A DNA stretch of 64,000 nucleotides from an uncultured Verrucomicrobiae bacterium (lineage in GTDB: Bacteria; Verrucomicrobiota; Verrucomicrobiia; Chthoniobacterales; JAFAMB01): contig CAWIPH010000002.1 in NCBI GenBank assembly GCA_963837955.1, forward strand, positions 4,864,001 to 4,928,000, written 5' to 3'. The first letter of the stretch is position 1. Every line of letters starts with the position of its first letter. Made by a program: the position numbers and the translations under genes. Positions 30,229 to 40,425 of the stretch are shown one piece after another. Under the pieces are notes generated by a model. It saw only the letters and a program-made list of their open reading frames with translations, had not been told where the DNA came from and did not search any database.

Positions 30229-30833
30229 GCCAGCCTCTCTGCCAACTTCGTGAGGGCATCTTTCGTCACGATGATTTTCTTAAATGCCAACAGTTGTTCC
30301 GTATTTACCTCCGCCGGGTTATTTAAAAGAACACGCTGAACGTTTCGCGCCGCCTTGTGAGTGGTCGCGTCAAAATCGGTCGCAACGATTAAAACCTTTT
30401 CTTCTTCCGTGTGCTCTCGCAGCAACTTAATAAACTCTTTGGTCTTCGGCTCTTTTACTGCCAGAGAATCAGCAACCAGCACGTCGCCCGCAATGATCCG
30501 TGAACTGAGCGCTTTGAGGAAGGCCAAGCGCTTCACCGATTTCGGAACTTTCTTCGAATAGTCCCTCGGCTTTGGGCCAAAAACGACCCCGCCGCCTGTC
30601 CAGATCGGAGACGAAACATAGCCGGCCCGCGCACGCCCGGTTCCTTTCTGTCGCCATGGTTTCTTACCCGAAGCGACTACCTCGGCCTTGGTCCTGGTGT
30701 TGGCGGAACCGCTTCGTCGATTCGCTCGCATGGCCACCACAACGTCATGGACTGCCTGCGTTCCCCGCCCATTCTCGATGACCGAGATGTTTGCTTTCTT
30801 AGCGGCGGCAATTGTCAAAACGGTCGCACTCAT
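30225..30833 (-). CDS. rplD: 50S ribosomal protein L4
   Basis: KPWRQKGTGRAR, GGG.VFGPKPRDY. Confidence 0.97.
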   Translation of the reverse strand: MSATVLTIAAAKKANISVIENGRGTQAVHDVVVAMRANRRSGSANTRTKAEVVASGKKPWRQKGTGRARAGYVSSPIWTGGGVVFGPKPRDYSKKVPKSVKRLAFLKALSSRIIAGDVLVADSLAVKEPKTKEFIKLLREHTEEEKVLIVATDFDATTHKAARNVQRVLLNNPAEVNTEQLLAFKKIIVTKDALTKLAERLA

Positions 30834-31486
30834 GATGGTTTGGTCCCTGCAATATCAGATTTCTTCTTCGCTGGTCGCACCACGACATAGCTGCCGTTGG
30901 CGCCCGGGACCGCTCCGCCGATCAAGATCACATTGTCTTCGGCTCGGACCTGAATAATTCGCAGGTTTTGCACGGTTACCCGATCGTCACCCAGGTGGCC
31001 CGGCATCCCCATGTTTTTCCACACACGACCCGGAGTGGATCGGTTTCCGATCGCTCCGTTTCGACGGTGCGTTTTCGAGCCGTGAGCAGCCCCTTGACCG
31101 GCAAATCCGTGTTTCTTCATGACGCCCTGAAAACCTTTTCCTTTGGATCGACCAACGACGTCAACAAATTGTCCCGCTTCGAATTGGGTCACGGCTAAAT
31201 TCAGCTCGCCTTCAACCTGAGTCCCATCTGGAAGCCGGAACTCTCGCACAAATTTTTTCGGCTCGGCACCCGCTTTCTTGAAATGACCGAGAAGCGGTTT
31301 TGGTAGTCGCGATTCCTTTTGAGTGTCAAATCCGACTTGGATCGCCTGATAGCCGTTGTTCTCAACCGTTTTGGTCTGCAGCAACGAATTACCACCGGCT
31401 TCGATCACGGTGACTGGAGTCGCTTTCCCGGTCGCATCGTAAACGCGCGTCATCCCTATCTTCTTGCCTAAAAGTCCTATTTTCAT
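30830..31486 (-). CDS. rplC: 50S ribosomal protein L3
   Basis: GKKIGMT, SKGKGFQG, PGRV.K..MPG. Confidence 0.98.
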   Translation of the reverse strand: MKIGLLGKKIGMTRVYDATGKATPVTVIEAGGNSLLQTKTVENNGYQAIQVGFDTQKESRLPKPLLGHFKKAGAEPKKFVREFRLPDGTQVEGELNLAVTQFEAGQFVDVVGRSKGKGFQGVMKKHGFAGQGAAHGSKTHRRNGAIGNRSTPGRVWKNMGMPGHLGDDRVTVQNLRIIQVRAEDNVILIGGAVPGANGSYVVVRPAKKKSDIAGTKPS

Positions 31487-31504
31487 TGAGCAACCGTCGG
31501 TCTT

Positions 31505-31816
31505 TTAAATTTTAATGGTGATATCAACCCCGGCAGGCAGGTTGAGCTTGCGCAGCTCATCCACGGTCTTCGCCGTCGGTTCGATAATATCCAGCAACCG
31601 TTTGTGAGTCCGCATTTCGAACTGATCCATCGACTTTTTGTCGACGTGCGGAGAACGATTCACCGTAAACTTTTCAATCTTCGTCGGCAACGGGATCGGA
31701 CCAGCGACTTTTGCTCCGGTACGTTTAGCCGTTTCTACAATTTCAACCGCCGATTGATCGAGCATACGATAATCGTAGCCCTTTAGGCGGATGCGGATGC
31801 GTTGACCGTTTGCCAT
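31505..31816 (-). CDS. rpsJ: 30S ribosomal protein S10
   Basis: RIRLK.YD, GPIPLPT, RSPHVDK, THKRL.DI. Confidence 0.98.
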   Translation of the reverse strand: MANGQRIRIRLKGYDYRMLDQSAVEIVETAKRTGAKVAGPIPLPTKIEKFTVNRSPHVDKKSMDQFEMRTHKRLLDIIEPTAKTVDELRKLNLPAGVDITIKI

Positions 31817-31817
31817 A

Positions 31818-33992
31818 TTAAGTTCCTTTTTGATCGAGCACGGCCGCTACAATCTGGGCCGGCACCGGTTCGAAATGAGAAGGTTCCATTGAGTAGGAAG
31901 CGCGTCCCTTGGAGAGTGAGCGAATCGCGGTCGCGTAACCAAACATTTCGGCTAGCGGCACTTCAGCGTGGACCAAAGTCGCGAGATTCTTCGTCTCCAT
32001 GTTCATGATCCGACCGCGGCGCCGATTGAGGTCCCCCATGATGTCGCCCTGATACTCATCCGGGGTTACACATTCTACCTTCATAATTGGTTCCAGAAGA
32101 ATAGAGGTACCCTTCTTAAAGGCGTCTTTCATCGCGAAGATCGCAGCCAGTTTGAAAGCGAGCTCGTTCGAATCGACGTCGTGATACGATCCGTCCACGA
32201 TATCGACATGGAGGTCGATGACCGGGTAGCCCCCCACGATGCCGTTAAGCACCGCCTCTTCGATGCCTTTCTTAACCGCCGGGATGTACTCTTTCGGGAT
32301 GGTACCGCCAACGACTTTATTCTCGACGGTGAATCCCTTTCCGCGCTCGCGTGGTTCAACATTCACAATCACGTGGCCGTATTGTCCACGACCACCAGAC
32401 TGCTTGATGAGTTTGCCTTCGCCAGTGGCTTTCTTGGTAATCGTCTCGCGGTAAGCGATCTGCGGTTTACCTGCATTCGCATCAACCTTGAATTCCCGCA
32501 GCATACGATCTCGGATGATCTCGAGATGCAGCTCACCCATTCCGGCGATAATCGTTTGGCCCGTATCCTCGTTAGTATAGACTCGGAAAGTCGGATCTTC
32601 TTCGGCCAGCCGCTGCAGCGCGGTGGCCATTTTCTCCTGGTCTAGTTTTGTTTTTGGCTCGATCGCCATCGAGATAACTGGATCAGGGAAGGAAGGCGGT
32701 TCTAGCAAGACGGGAAAATCTTCATCGCAGAGCGTATCGCCCGTCGTGATGTTCCTAATGCCGACGATGGCAGCAATATCGCCCGAATAACACGTATGGA
32801 TGTCTTCTCGCTTGTCGGCTTGAATCTGAATTAGCCGGCTGATGCGCTCTCTCTTGTTGGTGCGCGGATTATAAACCGTGTCGCCCTTCGATAATTTGCC
32901 GGAGTAGACCCGGAAAAACACCAGTTTTCCTACGAAGGGATCGCTCCAGAGTTTGAATGCCAACGAACAGAACTTGGCGTTGTCATCGGTGACGGCTTCT
33001 TTGATCTCATCAGTATCCGGATCAATGCCCTTTGCCGGCGGGATATCGAGCGGGCTCGGAAGATAATCGACAACTGCATCAACCAGATATTGGACGCCTT
33101 TGTTCTTAAAAGCAGAACCACCCGCAACCGGAATAAATTTATTAGCGATCGTCAGCCGTCGAATGCCGGCTTTCAATTCCTCCGGAGAGACCGGCTTTTC
33201 TTCCAGATAGAGGGTCCCGACCTCATCGTCGAGATTCGCTACTTGCTCGACCAGATCCGCGTACGCCTTGTCGACAAGTTCCTGGTAGTCCGCGGGGACA
33301 TCGGCAATTTCGTACGTTGAGCCCAACATATCGTTGTCGGAATAGAGGATCGCCTTATTATTAATGACATCGAGCTGGCCTCGGAGCTGGTCCTCACTAC
33401 CAAGTGGAATCAATACAGGCCAAGCGTTCGCGCCGAGCTTTGTACGCATCTCTTTAACGACGTTCTTAAAGTTCGCACCCACGCGGTCCATCTTATTAAC
33501 AAAACAGATCCGCGGTACGTTATACTTGTTGGCCTGACGCCATACCGTTTCCGTTTGTGGCTGGACGCCCGCGACGCTGTCGAACACTAGAATAGCCCCG
33601 TCCAGCACGCGCAACGAGCGCTCAACCTCTGCGGTAAAGTCTACGTGCCCAGGAGTGTCGATGATATTCACCCGCTGCTTCTGATTTTCGAACAGCTTGA
33701 AGACACCCTCTTCCTTCCGCTGAGTCCAAAAGCAAGTCGTTGCAGCCGACGTAATGGTGATGCCTCGTTCGCGCTCCTGCTCCATCCAGTCGGTGACCGT
33801 TGTGCCCTCATGCACTTCACCGATTCGGTGGATCATGCCAGTGTAAAACAGGATCCGCTCGGTCAGAGTCGTCTTTCCGGCGTCAATGTGCGCGCTAATC
33901 CCAATGTTGCGAGTGCGCTCCAGAGGATAAGCCCTATCGGGAGAATTTGGATTCGTCATAGCCCTAGCCTTATCTAAAACGGGTGCAGACAT
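31818..33992 (-). CDS. fusA: Elongation factor G
   Basis: [33 protein letters not shown]; start may be 33959. Confidence 0.98.
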   Translation of the reverse strand: MSAPVLDKARAMTNPNSPDRAYPLERTRNIGISAHIDAGKTTLTERILFYTGMIHRIGEVHEGTTVTDWMEQERERGITITSAATTCFWTQRKEEGVFKLFENQKQRVNIIDTPGHVDFTAEVERSLRVLDGAILVFDSVAGVQPQTETVWRQANKYNVPRICFVNKMDRVGANFKNVVKEMRTKLGANAWPVLIPLGSEDQLRGQLDVINNKAILYSDNDMLGSTYEIADVPADYQELVDKAYADLVEQVANLDDEVGTLYLEEKPVSPEELKAGIRRLTIANKFIPVAGGSAFKNKGVQYLVDAVVDYLPSPLDIPPAKGIDPDTDEIKEAVTDDNAKFCSLAFKLWSDPFVGKLVFFRVYSGKLSKGDTVYNPRTNKRERISRLIQIQADKREDIHTCYSGDIAAIVGIRNITTGDTLCDEDFPVLLEPPSFPDPVISMAIEPKTKLDQEKMATALQRLAEEDPTFRVYTNEDTGQTIIAGMGELHLEIIRDRMLREFKVDANAGKPQIAYRETITKKATGEGKLIKQSGGRGQYGHVIVNVEPRERGKGFTVENKVVGGTIPKEYIPAVKKGIEEAVLNGIVGGYPVIDLHVDIVDGSYHDVDSNELAFKLAAIFAMKDAFKKGTSILLEPIMKVECVTPDEYQGDIMGDLNRRRGRIMNMETKNLATLVHAEVPLAEMFGYATAIRSLSKGRASYSMEPSHFEPVPAQIVAAVLDQKGT

Positions 33993-33997
33993 ATGCT

Positions 33998-34468
33998 TTA
34001 CCAGCGGAAATGCGCAAAGGCCCGGTTGGCCTGAGCCATCTTGTGGGTGTCGTCTCGCTTCTTAATGACGTTGCCTTGGCCGGAAGCGGCGTCCTTTATC
34101 TCTGCTGCAAGATTATCGGTCATCGTACCGCGGCGATTCTTGGCGTAGCTGACCAACCAGCGCATGGCTAACGAGACTTGCCGATCCGCCGAAACTTCGA
34201 TCGGTACTTGATAAGTAGCACCGCCTACGCGACGAGATTTGACCTCGAGACGCGGTTTCGCGTTATCGAGCGCCTTATGTAAAGAGTCGAGTGGATCAAC
34301 CGCGTCGGAGCCCTCGCGGCTTTTTTCGATGGCTTGGTAGACGATCCGCTCCGCGAGCGATTTCTGCCCGCTCCGCATGACCGTATCGATCAACCGAGCT
34401 ACCACGGGGCTAGCGTACCGGCTATCGACCTTCAACTCTTTATGAATGACTCTGCGACGTCGGGACAT
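33998..34468 (-). CDS. rpsG: 30S ribosomal protein S7
   Basis: [24 protein letters not shown]. Confidence 0.98.
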   Translation of the reverse strand: MSRRRRVIHKELKVDSRYASPVVARLIDTVMRSGQKSLAERIVYQAIEKSREGSDAVDPLDSLHKALDNAKPRLEVKSRRVGGATYQVPIEVSADRQVSLAMRWLVSYAKNRRGTMTDNLAAEIKDAASGQGNVIKKRDDTHKMAQANRAFAHFRW

Positions 34469-34474
34469 AGGAAA

Positions 34475-34888
34475 TTATTTCTTTTTGCCTTTAGCTGCGG
34501 CGGTATCCGCTCCGCCTTTTTTCGGACGCTTGGCGCCGTATTTCGAGCGGCTGCGGCGACGACCGTCAACCCCGAGGCTATCCAACGTACCGCGAACAAT
34601 ATGATAACGAACTCCGGGAAGATCCTTGACGCGGCCTCCGCGCACCAAAACGATCGAGTGCTCCTGCAAGTTGTGACCTTCACCAGGGATGTAAGCGATA
34701 ACCTCGTATCCGTTGGTTAGCCGGACTTTGGCGACTTTCCGTAAGGCGGAATTTGGCTTCTTAGGCGTGCGCGTCATGACCTGTACGCAGACACCCCGCC
34801 GTTGCGGGCAATCCGCCAGAGCCGGTGATTTGGACTTCACCGCCATTTTCTTCCGACCTTTTCGGACAAGCTGGTTAATCGTTGGCAT
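34475..34888 (-). CDS. rpsL: 30S ribosomal protein S12
   Basis: [29 protein letters not shown]. Confidence 0.99.
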   Translation of the reverse strand: MPTINQLVRKGRKKMAVKSKSPALADCPQRRGVCVQVMTRTPKKPNSALRKVAKVRLTNGYEVIAYIPGEGHNLQEHSIVLVRGGRVKDLPGVRYHIVRGTLDSLGVDGRRRSRSKYGAKRPKKGGADTAAAKGKKK

Positions 34889-34980
34889 TCAATAAATCCG
34901 GTTAATCCCTTGGTTCAGGGCTAAAAAAAGCCGCAATCGCGGCTTCAAAGCTTTCTCCCGCCAGACGCGGGGGAGCGTGG

Positions 34981-35008
34981 ACTATATTATTATTCCCAGG
35001 CGGCGCAA
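34981..35008 (-). promoter_or_regulatory. Putative sigma70 promoter of the ribosomal superoperon
   Basis: Minus strand TTGCGC-N16-TATAGT about 90 nt upstream of rpsL. Confidence 0.55.
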
Positions 35009-35286
35009 GAGGTTTTTGGCCCAGTTTCTCCCAGGAGATGGCCCCAAAATCGCCCGGCAATCGGTCAAGCAGTTCTAACGCGCCAAACCGCCGTTCCTTT
35101 TTGCCCCGCAGAAGTGTCCCGCAAAACTTAAGCTGCAACGCTCTAGAATTAAAGAAAAAACCTGCTTGAAAGTCTGATCGTCCGGTTTCTTTGACGGCAG
35201 AAAATCGAGTTACTCCGAAAGTCGTGTCGGAAACAAAAAGAATCTCGTGTTATCTGGGTTCGATTTATGCTTGTTTGCCAACCGAA

Positions 35287-35697
35287 ATGAAGATCCACGT
35301 CGAACGCCAAGTCACTGTCGCTCTGGAGAATCGGCCGGGGCAACTAGCGACCATCTGTAGCATCTTAGGCGCGAACGCCGTGAACATCGAAGCCATAAGC
35401 GTTATGGATAGCATCGAACAAGGGGTCGTACGGTTGATCACAAGCGATCCCACAAAATGCAGACAGGCTCTGCAAACGAAGGGTTTTTACGTGATCGAAG
35501 GCGACGTTCTGGTGTTGGATCTTTTCGATCGGATCGGCAAATTGGCGCAAATTTGCTCGGAACTTGCAGAAGCAAAGATCAATATCGATTACGTTTACGG
35601 GAGCGTGGAACACACCGGATCGCCGCTTCGCCTGGTCCTAAAAACGACCGACACCGTGCGCACGCATGCGCTTCTCGATAGCCTTAGAGACGAATAA
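35287..35697 (+). CDS. Tandem ACT-domain protein
   Basis: LENRPG.LA...NI.A and D..G.LA....INIDYVY repeats. Confidence 0.88.
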   Translation: MKIHVERQVTVALENRPGQLATICSILGANAVNIEAISVMDSIEQGVVRLITSDPTKCRQALQTKGFYVIEGDVLVLDLFDRIGKLAQICSELAEAKINIDYVYGSVEHTGSPLRLVLKTTDTVRTHALLDSLRDE

Positions 35698-35716
35698 ACC
35701 GGCCTTTTGAAAAGGG

Positions 35717-35746
35717 CGAGGCCGGCGGATTTCTCCACCGGCCTCG
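35717..35746. terminator. Hairpin terminator between the convergent ACT gene and rnpB
   Basis: CGAGGCCGGCGGA-TTTC-TCCACCGGCCTCG; GAAA loop on the minus strand. Confidence 0.7.
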
Positions 35747-35749
35747 ATT

Positions 35750-36187
<438 letters not shown>

Positions 36188-36247
36188 CTCTAATTTAAGA
36201 TATCCGCTATTTTCCGCAACGAAACTCTACCGAAGCCGACATGCTAG

Positions 36248-36547
36248 TCACGGATTCGGCGCACCAGGTAAGAGTTGGTCTAGTTTCTTTGCCAGACTGA
36301 AATCCAGGCTGGTGAGACCACCGGCCGAATGAGTAGACAACGCCAGCCGCACCGTCCGCCAACGAATGTCGATGTCCGGATGATGATTCATCGATTCTGC
36401 CTCCCGGGCAATGCTGTTTACCGCGTCCACGGCTTCGAGAAAACTCGGGAACTTGACCGTCCGAGAGATGGTATCTCCCTCGAGTTTCCATTGAGGGACC
36501 TCCATCAGCAGCGTCTGCACTGCTTCAGGTTTTAGTAATTCTGGCAT
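36248..36547 (-). CDS. phhB: Pterin-4-alpha-carbinolamine dehydratase
   Basis: AE..NHHPDI, THSAGGLT.LD. Confidence 0.92.
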   Translation of the reverse strand: MPELLKPEAVQTLLMEVPQWKLEGDTISRTVKFPSFLEAVDAVNSIAREAESMNHHPDIDIRWRTVRLALSTHSAGGLTSLDFSLAKKLDQLLPGAPNP

Positions 36548-36671
36548 GGATTTTCTCCGTGTTTTATGAATCGCTCGGATTTTGGCATGGCTCCTTCATT
36601 ACTTGATCAGAGGAGCGGTTCGTGTATGTAAGCATTCCTCGCCTTGCTCTACCCTAACTAACCACTGGCAA

Positions 36672-37646
36672 ATGCAAACTCCTGGGAGACTCTATAATAA
36701 CATAGTTGAGACCGTCGGCGGTACTCCATTGGTCAAACTCAACCGAATTACAGCCGGTCTTGAGGCGACGATCGCTATAAAGTGTGAGTATTTTAATCCG
36801 CTTGGCAGCGTGAAAGACAGGATTGGGATGGCCATGATCGATGCGGCGGAGCGACAGGGCACCATCAATAAGGATACAGTTATCATCGAGCCGACTAGCG
36901 GCAACACCGGAATCGCGCTCGCCTTCGTCTGCGCGGCCAAGGGTTATAAACTGATTCTCACCATGCCGGAAACGATGAGTTTGGAGAGACGCACCCTCCT
37001 GGCAATGCTGGGTGCCAAAGTAGTGTTGACGCCGGGGTCGGAAGGAATGAAAGGAGCGATCGCTCGCGCAGAAGAGCTTCTCAAGGCAACGCCCAATTCT
37101 TGGATCCCGCAACAATTTAACAACCCCGCCAATCCAGAAATTCATCAAAAAACAACCGCGGAAGAAATATGGGCCGACACAAATGGGGCGGTTGATATTT
37201 TGGTCTCAGCTGTCGGCACGGGGGGAACCATCACCGGAGTCTCGGAGGTAATCAAAAAGCGGAAACCGAGCTTGCTCTCAATCGCCGTCGAGCCAAAGGA
37301 TTCGCCGGTGATTAAGCAGACAATGGCCGGTGAACCCCTTAAGCCAGGTCCGCATAAGATTCAGGGCACCGGCGCCGGATTTGTACCGAAAAATCTGCAT
37401 CTCGATATAGTCGATGAAGTCATCGCCGTCTCGAATGAGGATTCCTTTGTTATGGCTCGGCGCTTAGCTAAAGAGGAGGGTATTCTCGCTGGGATTAGTT
37501 CGGGCGCAAACGTTTGGGCGGCGATTGAAGTAGCAAAACGACCTGAAAACCGTGGAAAACTCATTGTCACATTCGCTTGCTCAACGGGCGAGCGCTACTT
37601 AAGCACGGCGTTGGCTGATGAGGCTCGAGCAGAGATCGGTGGTTAA
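36672..37646 (+). CDS. cysK: Cysteine synthase A
   Basis: [34 protein letters not shown]. Confidence 0.96.
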   Translation: MQTPGRLYNNIVETVGGTPLVKLNRITAGLEATIAIKCEYFNPLGSVKDRIGMAMIDAAERQGTINKDTVIIEPTSGNTGIALAFVCAAKGYKLILTMPETMSLERRTLLAMLGAKVVLTPGSEGMKGAIARAEELLKATPNSWIPQQFNNPANPEIHQKTTAEEIWADTNGAVDILVSAVGTGGTITGVSEVIKKRKPSLLSIAVEPKDSPVIKQTMAGEPLKPGPHKIQGTGAGFVPKNLHLDIVDEVIAVSNEDSFVMARRLAKEEGILAGISSGANVWAAIEVAKRPENRGKLIVTFACSTGERYLSTALADEARAEIGG

Positions 37647-37649
37647 GGG

Positions 37650-38399
37650 ATGAACAAAACGACCGGAATGACAACAGCTACTGAACCGAACTTCTCATCA
37701 TTCAATCAAGAAGTCTTTTGGGCGCTACACGGTAGAAAGATCATCTTTGGATCGATCGCTGCACTGCTGATCCTCCTCGCTGTTGGCGCCTATTTCGGGT
37801 GGCAGAAGCTCCAGACCGGCCAAGCTGAGTTGGCATACGATTCCGCGACGAATATCGATGACTGGCAGAAAGTCGCGGACCGATTTCCCGGATCGATCGC
37901 GGCCGGAAATGCGTTGCTGCGGATCGCCGCGCAGCAGGCTAGCGACGGCCATTTTCCGGATTCGGACAAGACCTACCAGAGGTTTATTCGCGACTATTCG
38001 AAACATCCGTTCGCCGTAAATAGCTTAATGGGTTTGGCAACAAATGCAGAGGCGGAAGCCAAACCAGATGAAGCGCTCAATTACTATGCGGAAATAGCTG
38101 GCAAATACGGCACCACCTATTTGGCGCCAATGGCGCTACTGAGCCAGGCTAGATTGACCGAGGGGAAGGGCCAACTGAAAGAGGCACGGCAACTCTATGA
38201 GATGGTGGTCCAGAGATACCCGCAAAGTGCAATAGCGCAAATTGCTTTGGCGGAAGCCTCTCGACTCGGGGACAAGCTTGGGAACGACACGAAATCGACA
38301 GGTTCGGCCAATTTACTCACCGGCTCGCCTCAACCCAGTCCATCGGGTCAACCGTCTCCAACGGCATCGGAGAAACCGAAGCAACAGCCGGAACCTTGA
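37650..38399 (+). CDS. Membrane-anchored TPR protein (YfgM-like)
   Basis: N-terminal TM helix, TPR-like repeats (A...Y......YP.S), Pro/Ser tail. Confidence 0.75.
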   Translation: MNKTTGMTTATEPNFSSFNQEVFWALHGRKIIFGSIAALLILLAVGAYFGWQKLQTGQAELAYDSATNIDDWQKVADRFPGSIAAGNALLRIAAQQASDGHFPDSDKTYQRFIRDYSKHPFAVNSLMGLATNAEAEAKPDEALNYYAEIAGKYGTTYLAPMALLSQARLTEGKGQLKEARQLYEMVVQRYPQSAIAQIALAEASRLGDKLGNDTKSTGSANLLTGSPQPSPSGQPSPTASEKPKQQPEP

Positions 38400-38401
38400 A
38401 T

Positions 38402-38860
38402 CTAGTGGGCCATCGCCACTTTTTGCTTTCGGAGGTAAAACTCCTCTCTTCTTTCTTCGAATTCGATTAGGTCGAAATAGGTCTCCACGCCGGATTCCGA
38501 ACGACCACCGACTTCTTGCAGAATTCTTCGAAACCGGGCTAGCTTTTCGGGAGTATCGGGCCGTTTTTCTATCTGCTTTTGATTCCAGGCCGCGATCTCT
38601 AACTCGGTGTGGTTCACACCTTGAGAGCGGATCCAGTCCAAGACTGCCTCGTCGCTCTCCCGACTGCTGGCCATCTCCTCGAACAGCTCCCCCTCGATTC
38701 CCAGGAACGACAAAAGATACTTATCGAACCCTAAAGTCTTGTAGTTGTACCCACGTAACAATCCCTGACGGTGCAGCCGCGCCTTGTCAATTAACCGAAG
38801 AAGATGCACGTAACCGCCCAGAGTCGCGTATGGGCTCCGCGGATAAATTTTTTGTGTCAT
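38402..38860 (-). CDS. DUF5069-like protein
   Basis: PRSP...LGGYVHL.RLIDKAR, D..LL.FLGI, WN, YFDLIE.EE. Confidence 0.75.
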   Translation of the reverse strand: MTQKIYPRSPYATLGGYVHLLRLIDKARLHRQGLLRGYNYKTLGFDKYLLSFLGIEGELFEEMASSRESDEAVLDWIRSQGVNHTELEIAAWNQKQIEKRPDTPEKLARFRRILQEVGGRSESGVETYFDLIEFEERREEFYLRKQKVAMAH

Positions 38861-39678
38861 GCAGGTGCCAGGCTGAAATCGGACCCGTGACCCGATTCTT
38901 GATTGGGTGCCGATGGCTCTTTCAACGGGGTCAAAAGCTCCCCCTGAGTCAATTGCGTCTGGCCGATCGATAAATCACCGTAAAATTGCCCTCCTTTATC
39001 CACGACGAAGCTCCGCGCGTTTACCGCTCCGCGCAGTGAGCCACCTCGCTTTACCACCACTTTTCCATTCGAGATGATTCGTGCTGAGATCACGCCATAA
39101 ACTTCGACGAGATCCGCTCGGATTGGTCGGACGCACTCGACCTCTGAGCTTTTGTCAATCACCACCAGGGGAGCTTCGATGCTGCCGCTAAGTTTCCCTT
39201 TCAGTTTAATCCGAACATCAGTGGCACCGGTCAGCGCACCGCGCAGGTGCCCCTGAACAGAAGCAGTCTGACAGATTACCCGGTTACTGTTGAGATCACC
39301 TTTGTTGGTGATGATCAGGTCGCCTCGGGTCCGAATAGAGCGACTGTATGTACCAACAATCTTGTAGTCTTGGAGATCGATGTAGGCGCCGCAAAGAGGG
39401 CAAATCGTGGAAGTTGCATTTTTCGGGACTTCGCGCTTGCCAGGACATTCGAAGCATCGGGCAACAACTGTCCGCTGAACACCCAGGAGGCCTTCGATTC
39501 TTTGAAATACCGAAGGGGCTTTTGGAACATCCTGCCGCGGCTCACCAGTTCTGCCGCCTTTACTTATCTGGATGTACCCGCTGCACTTGCGGCAGTAGGT
39601 CGACTTTGCCAGCTCAGGCTCTAACTGAATGTTACCGCAGTGAGGACATTGAACTTCGACTCGTCCTTTTGCCGGCAC
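38857..39678 (-). CDS. Zinc-ribbon-containing bactofilin-like protein
   Basis: CPHC/CRKC/CFEC/CPLC followed by beta-helix repeats ending G.V.A..F.VDKGG.F.G. Confidence 0.8.
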   Translation of the reverse strand: MPAKGRVEVQCPHCGNIQLEPELAKSTYCRKCSGYIQISKGGRTGEPRQDVPKAPSVFQRIEGLLGVQRTVVARCFECPGKREVPKNATSTICPLCGAYIDLQDYKIVGTYSRSIRTRGDLIITNKGDLNSNRVICQTASVQGHLRGALTGATDVRIKLKGKLSGSIEAPLVVIDKSSEVECVRPIRADLVEVYGVISARIISNGKVVVKRGGSLRGAVNARSFVVDKGGQFYGDLSIGQTQLTQGELLTPLKEPSAPNQESGHGSDFSLAPA

Positions 39679-39689
39679 CCAGTACTCCT

Positions 39690-40208
39690 TTAGCGGGGAG
39701 CATTCGCTTCCTGCGCCTTCTCTTTAATCCCGATTTCCCTAAGTGCATTCTTGTTTGGAGTGACCTCCGACTTGCCGACAAACGTTGCCCCTTCCTCAAT
39801 GATCAAACGGGAGGCGTGAAGATCACCGATCAACGCCGACCGCGCCCGCAGTTCGCAACGTTCAGCAACAGTGATATTTCCTTGCACTTTGCCCATCACA
39901 ATCACCGACTTTGCTTTGATCTCACCATGGACATCCCCATTCTCGCCCACCGTCAAGATTCCGTCATTTGAGGAAATTTCTCCCTCGATCTTTCCATCAA
40001 AGGTAAATTCACTTGCAAATTTGATGGAACCTTTGATCTCAACGTCTTTGGAAAGAAGGTTCTTGTTGTGTAGTTCTGCCATAACGGGATTTTTGTATGT
40101 TTCAGTTTTCGTTGGAACGGTCTGCAGAGGCGCCGGATTCTCCCCGGATCGCGTGTCTTCAGGGGACTGGGTGGATCCTGGTTTTTGGGGGATGAACTTC
40201 TTAAGCAC
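39690..40208 (-). CDS. Bactofilin (polymer-forming cytoskeletal protein, CcmA-like)
   Basis: DVEIKGSI, DGKIEGEI, LTVGENG.V.GEI.A, LIIEEGATFVG; start GTG 40208 or ATG 40082. Confidence 0.92.
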   Translation of the reverse strand: MLKKFIPQKPGSTQSPEDTRSGENPAPLQTVPTKTETYKNPVMAELHNKNLLSKDVEIKGSIKFASEFTFDGKIEGEISSNDGILTVGENGDVHGEIKAKSVIVMGKVQGNITVAERCELRARSALIGDLHASRLIIEEGATFVGKSEVTPNKNALREIGIKEKAQEANAPR

Positions 40209-40425
40209 GGTCGCAACTATGAATTTGCAAACTGGATTGTCAACGCTTTCCACCCATAAAACTGATTCCGGTGCATCGCCTAGATAGGCCGCTCGAAGCG
40301 AGTGAAAAGCGCACCGCTTGATCAGCAACAGGCTTCATTTCAAGCGGATTTGGGGGCTGATCGAACAAGCTTTGGCGATCTGAAAGGATGGCGATTATGA
40401 TTCGCACTAACCATAATTCCACGAT

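Noticed and set aside
31968..32645. Long antisense ORFs (also 45854-46675, 48206-48829, 38242-38973)
   Set aside because: Shadow frames of conserved genes, expected at this GC content.
40240..40422. 60-aa ORF MELWLVRIIIAIL...
   Set aside because: Short hydrophobic start but no recognisable family or RBS; may be a remnant but unsupported.
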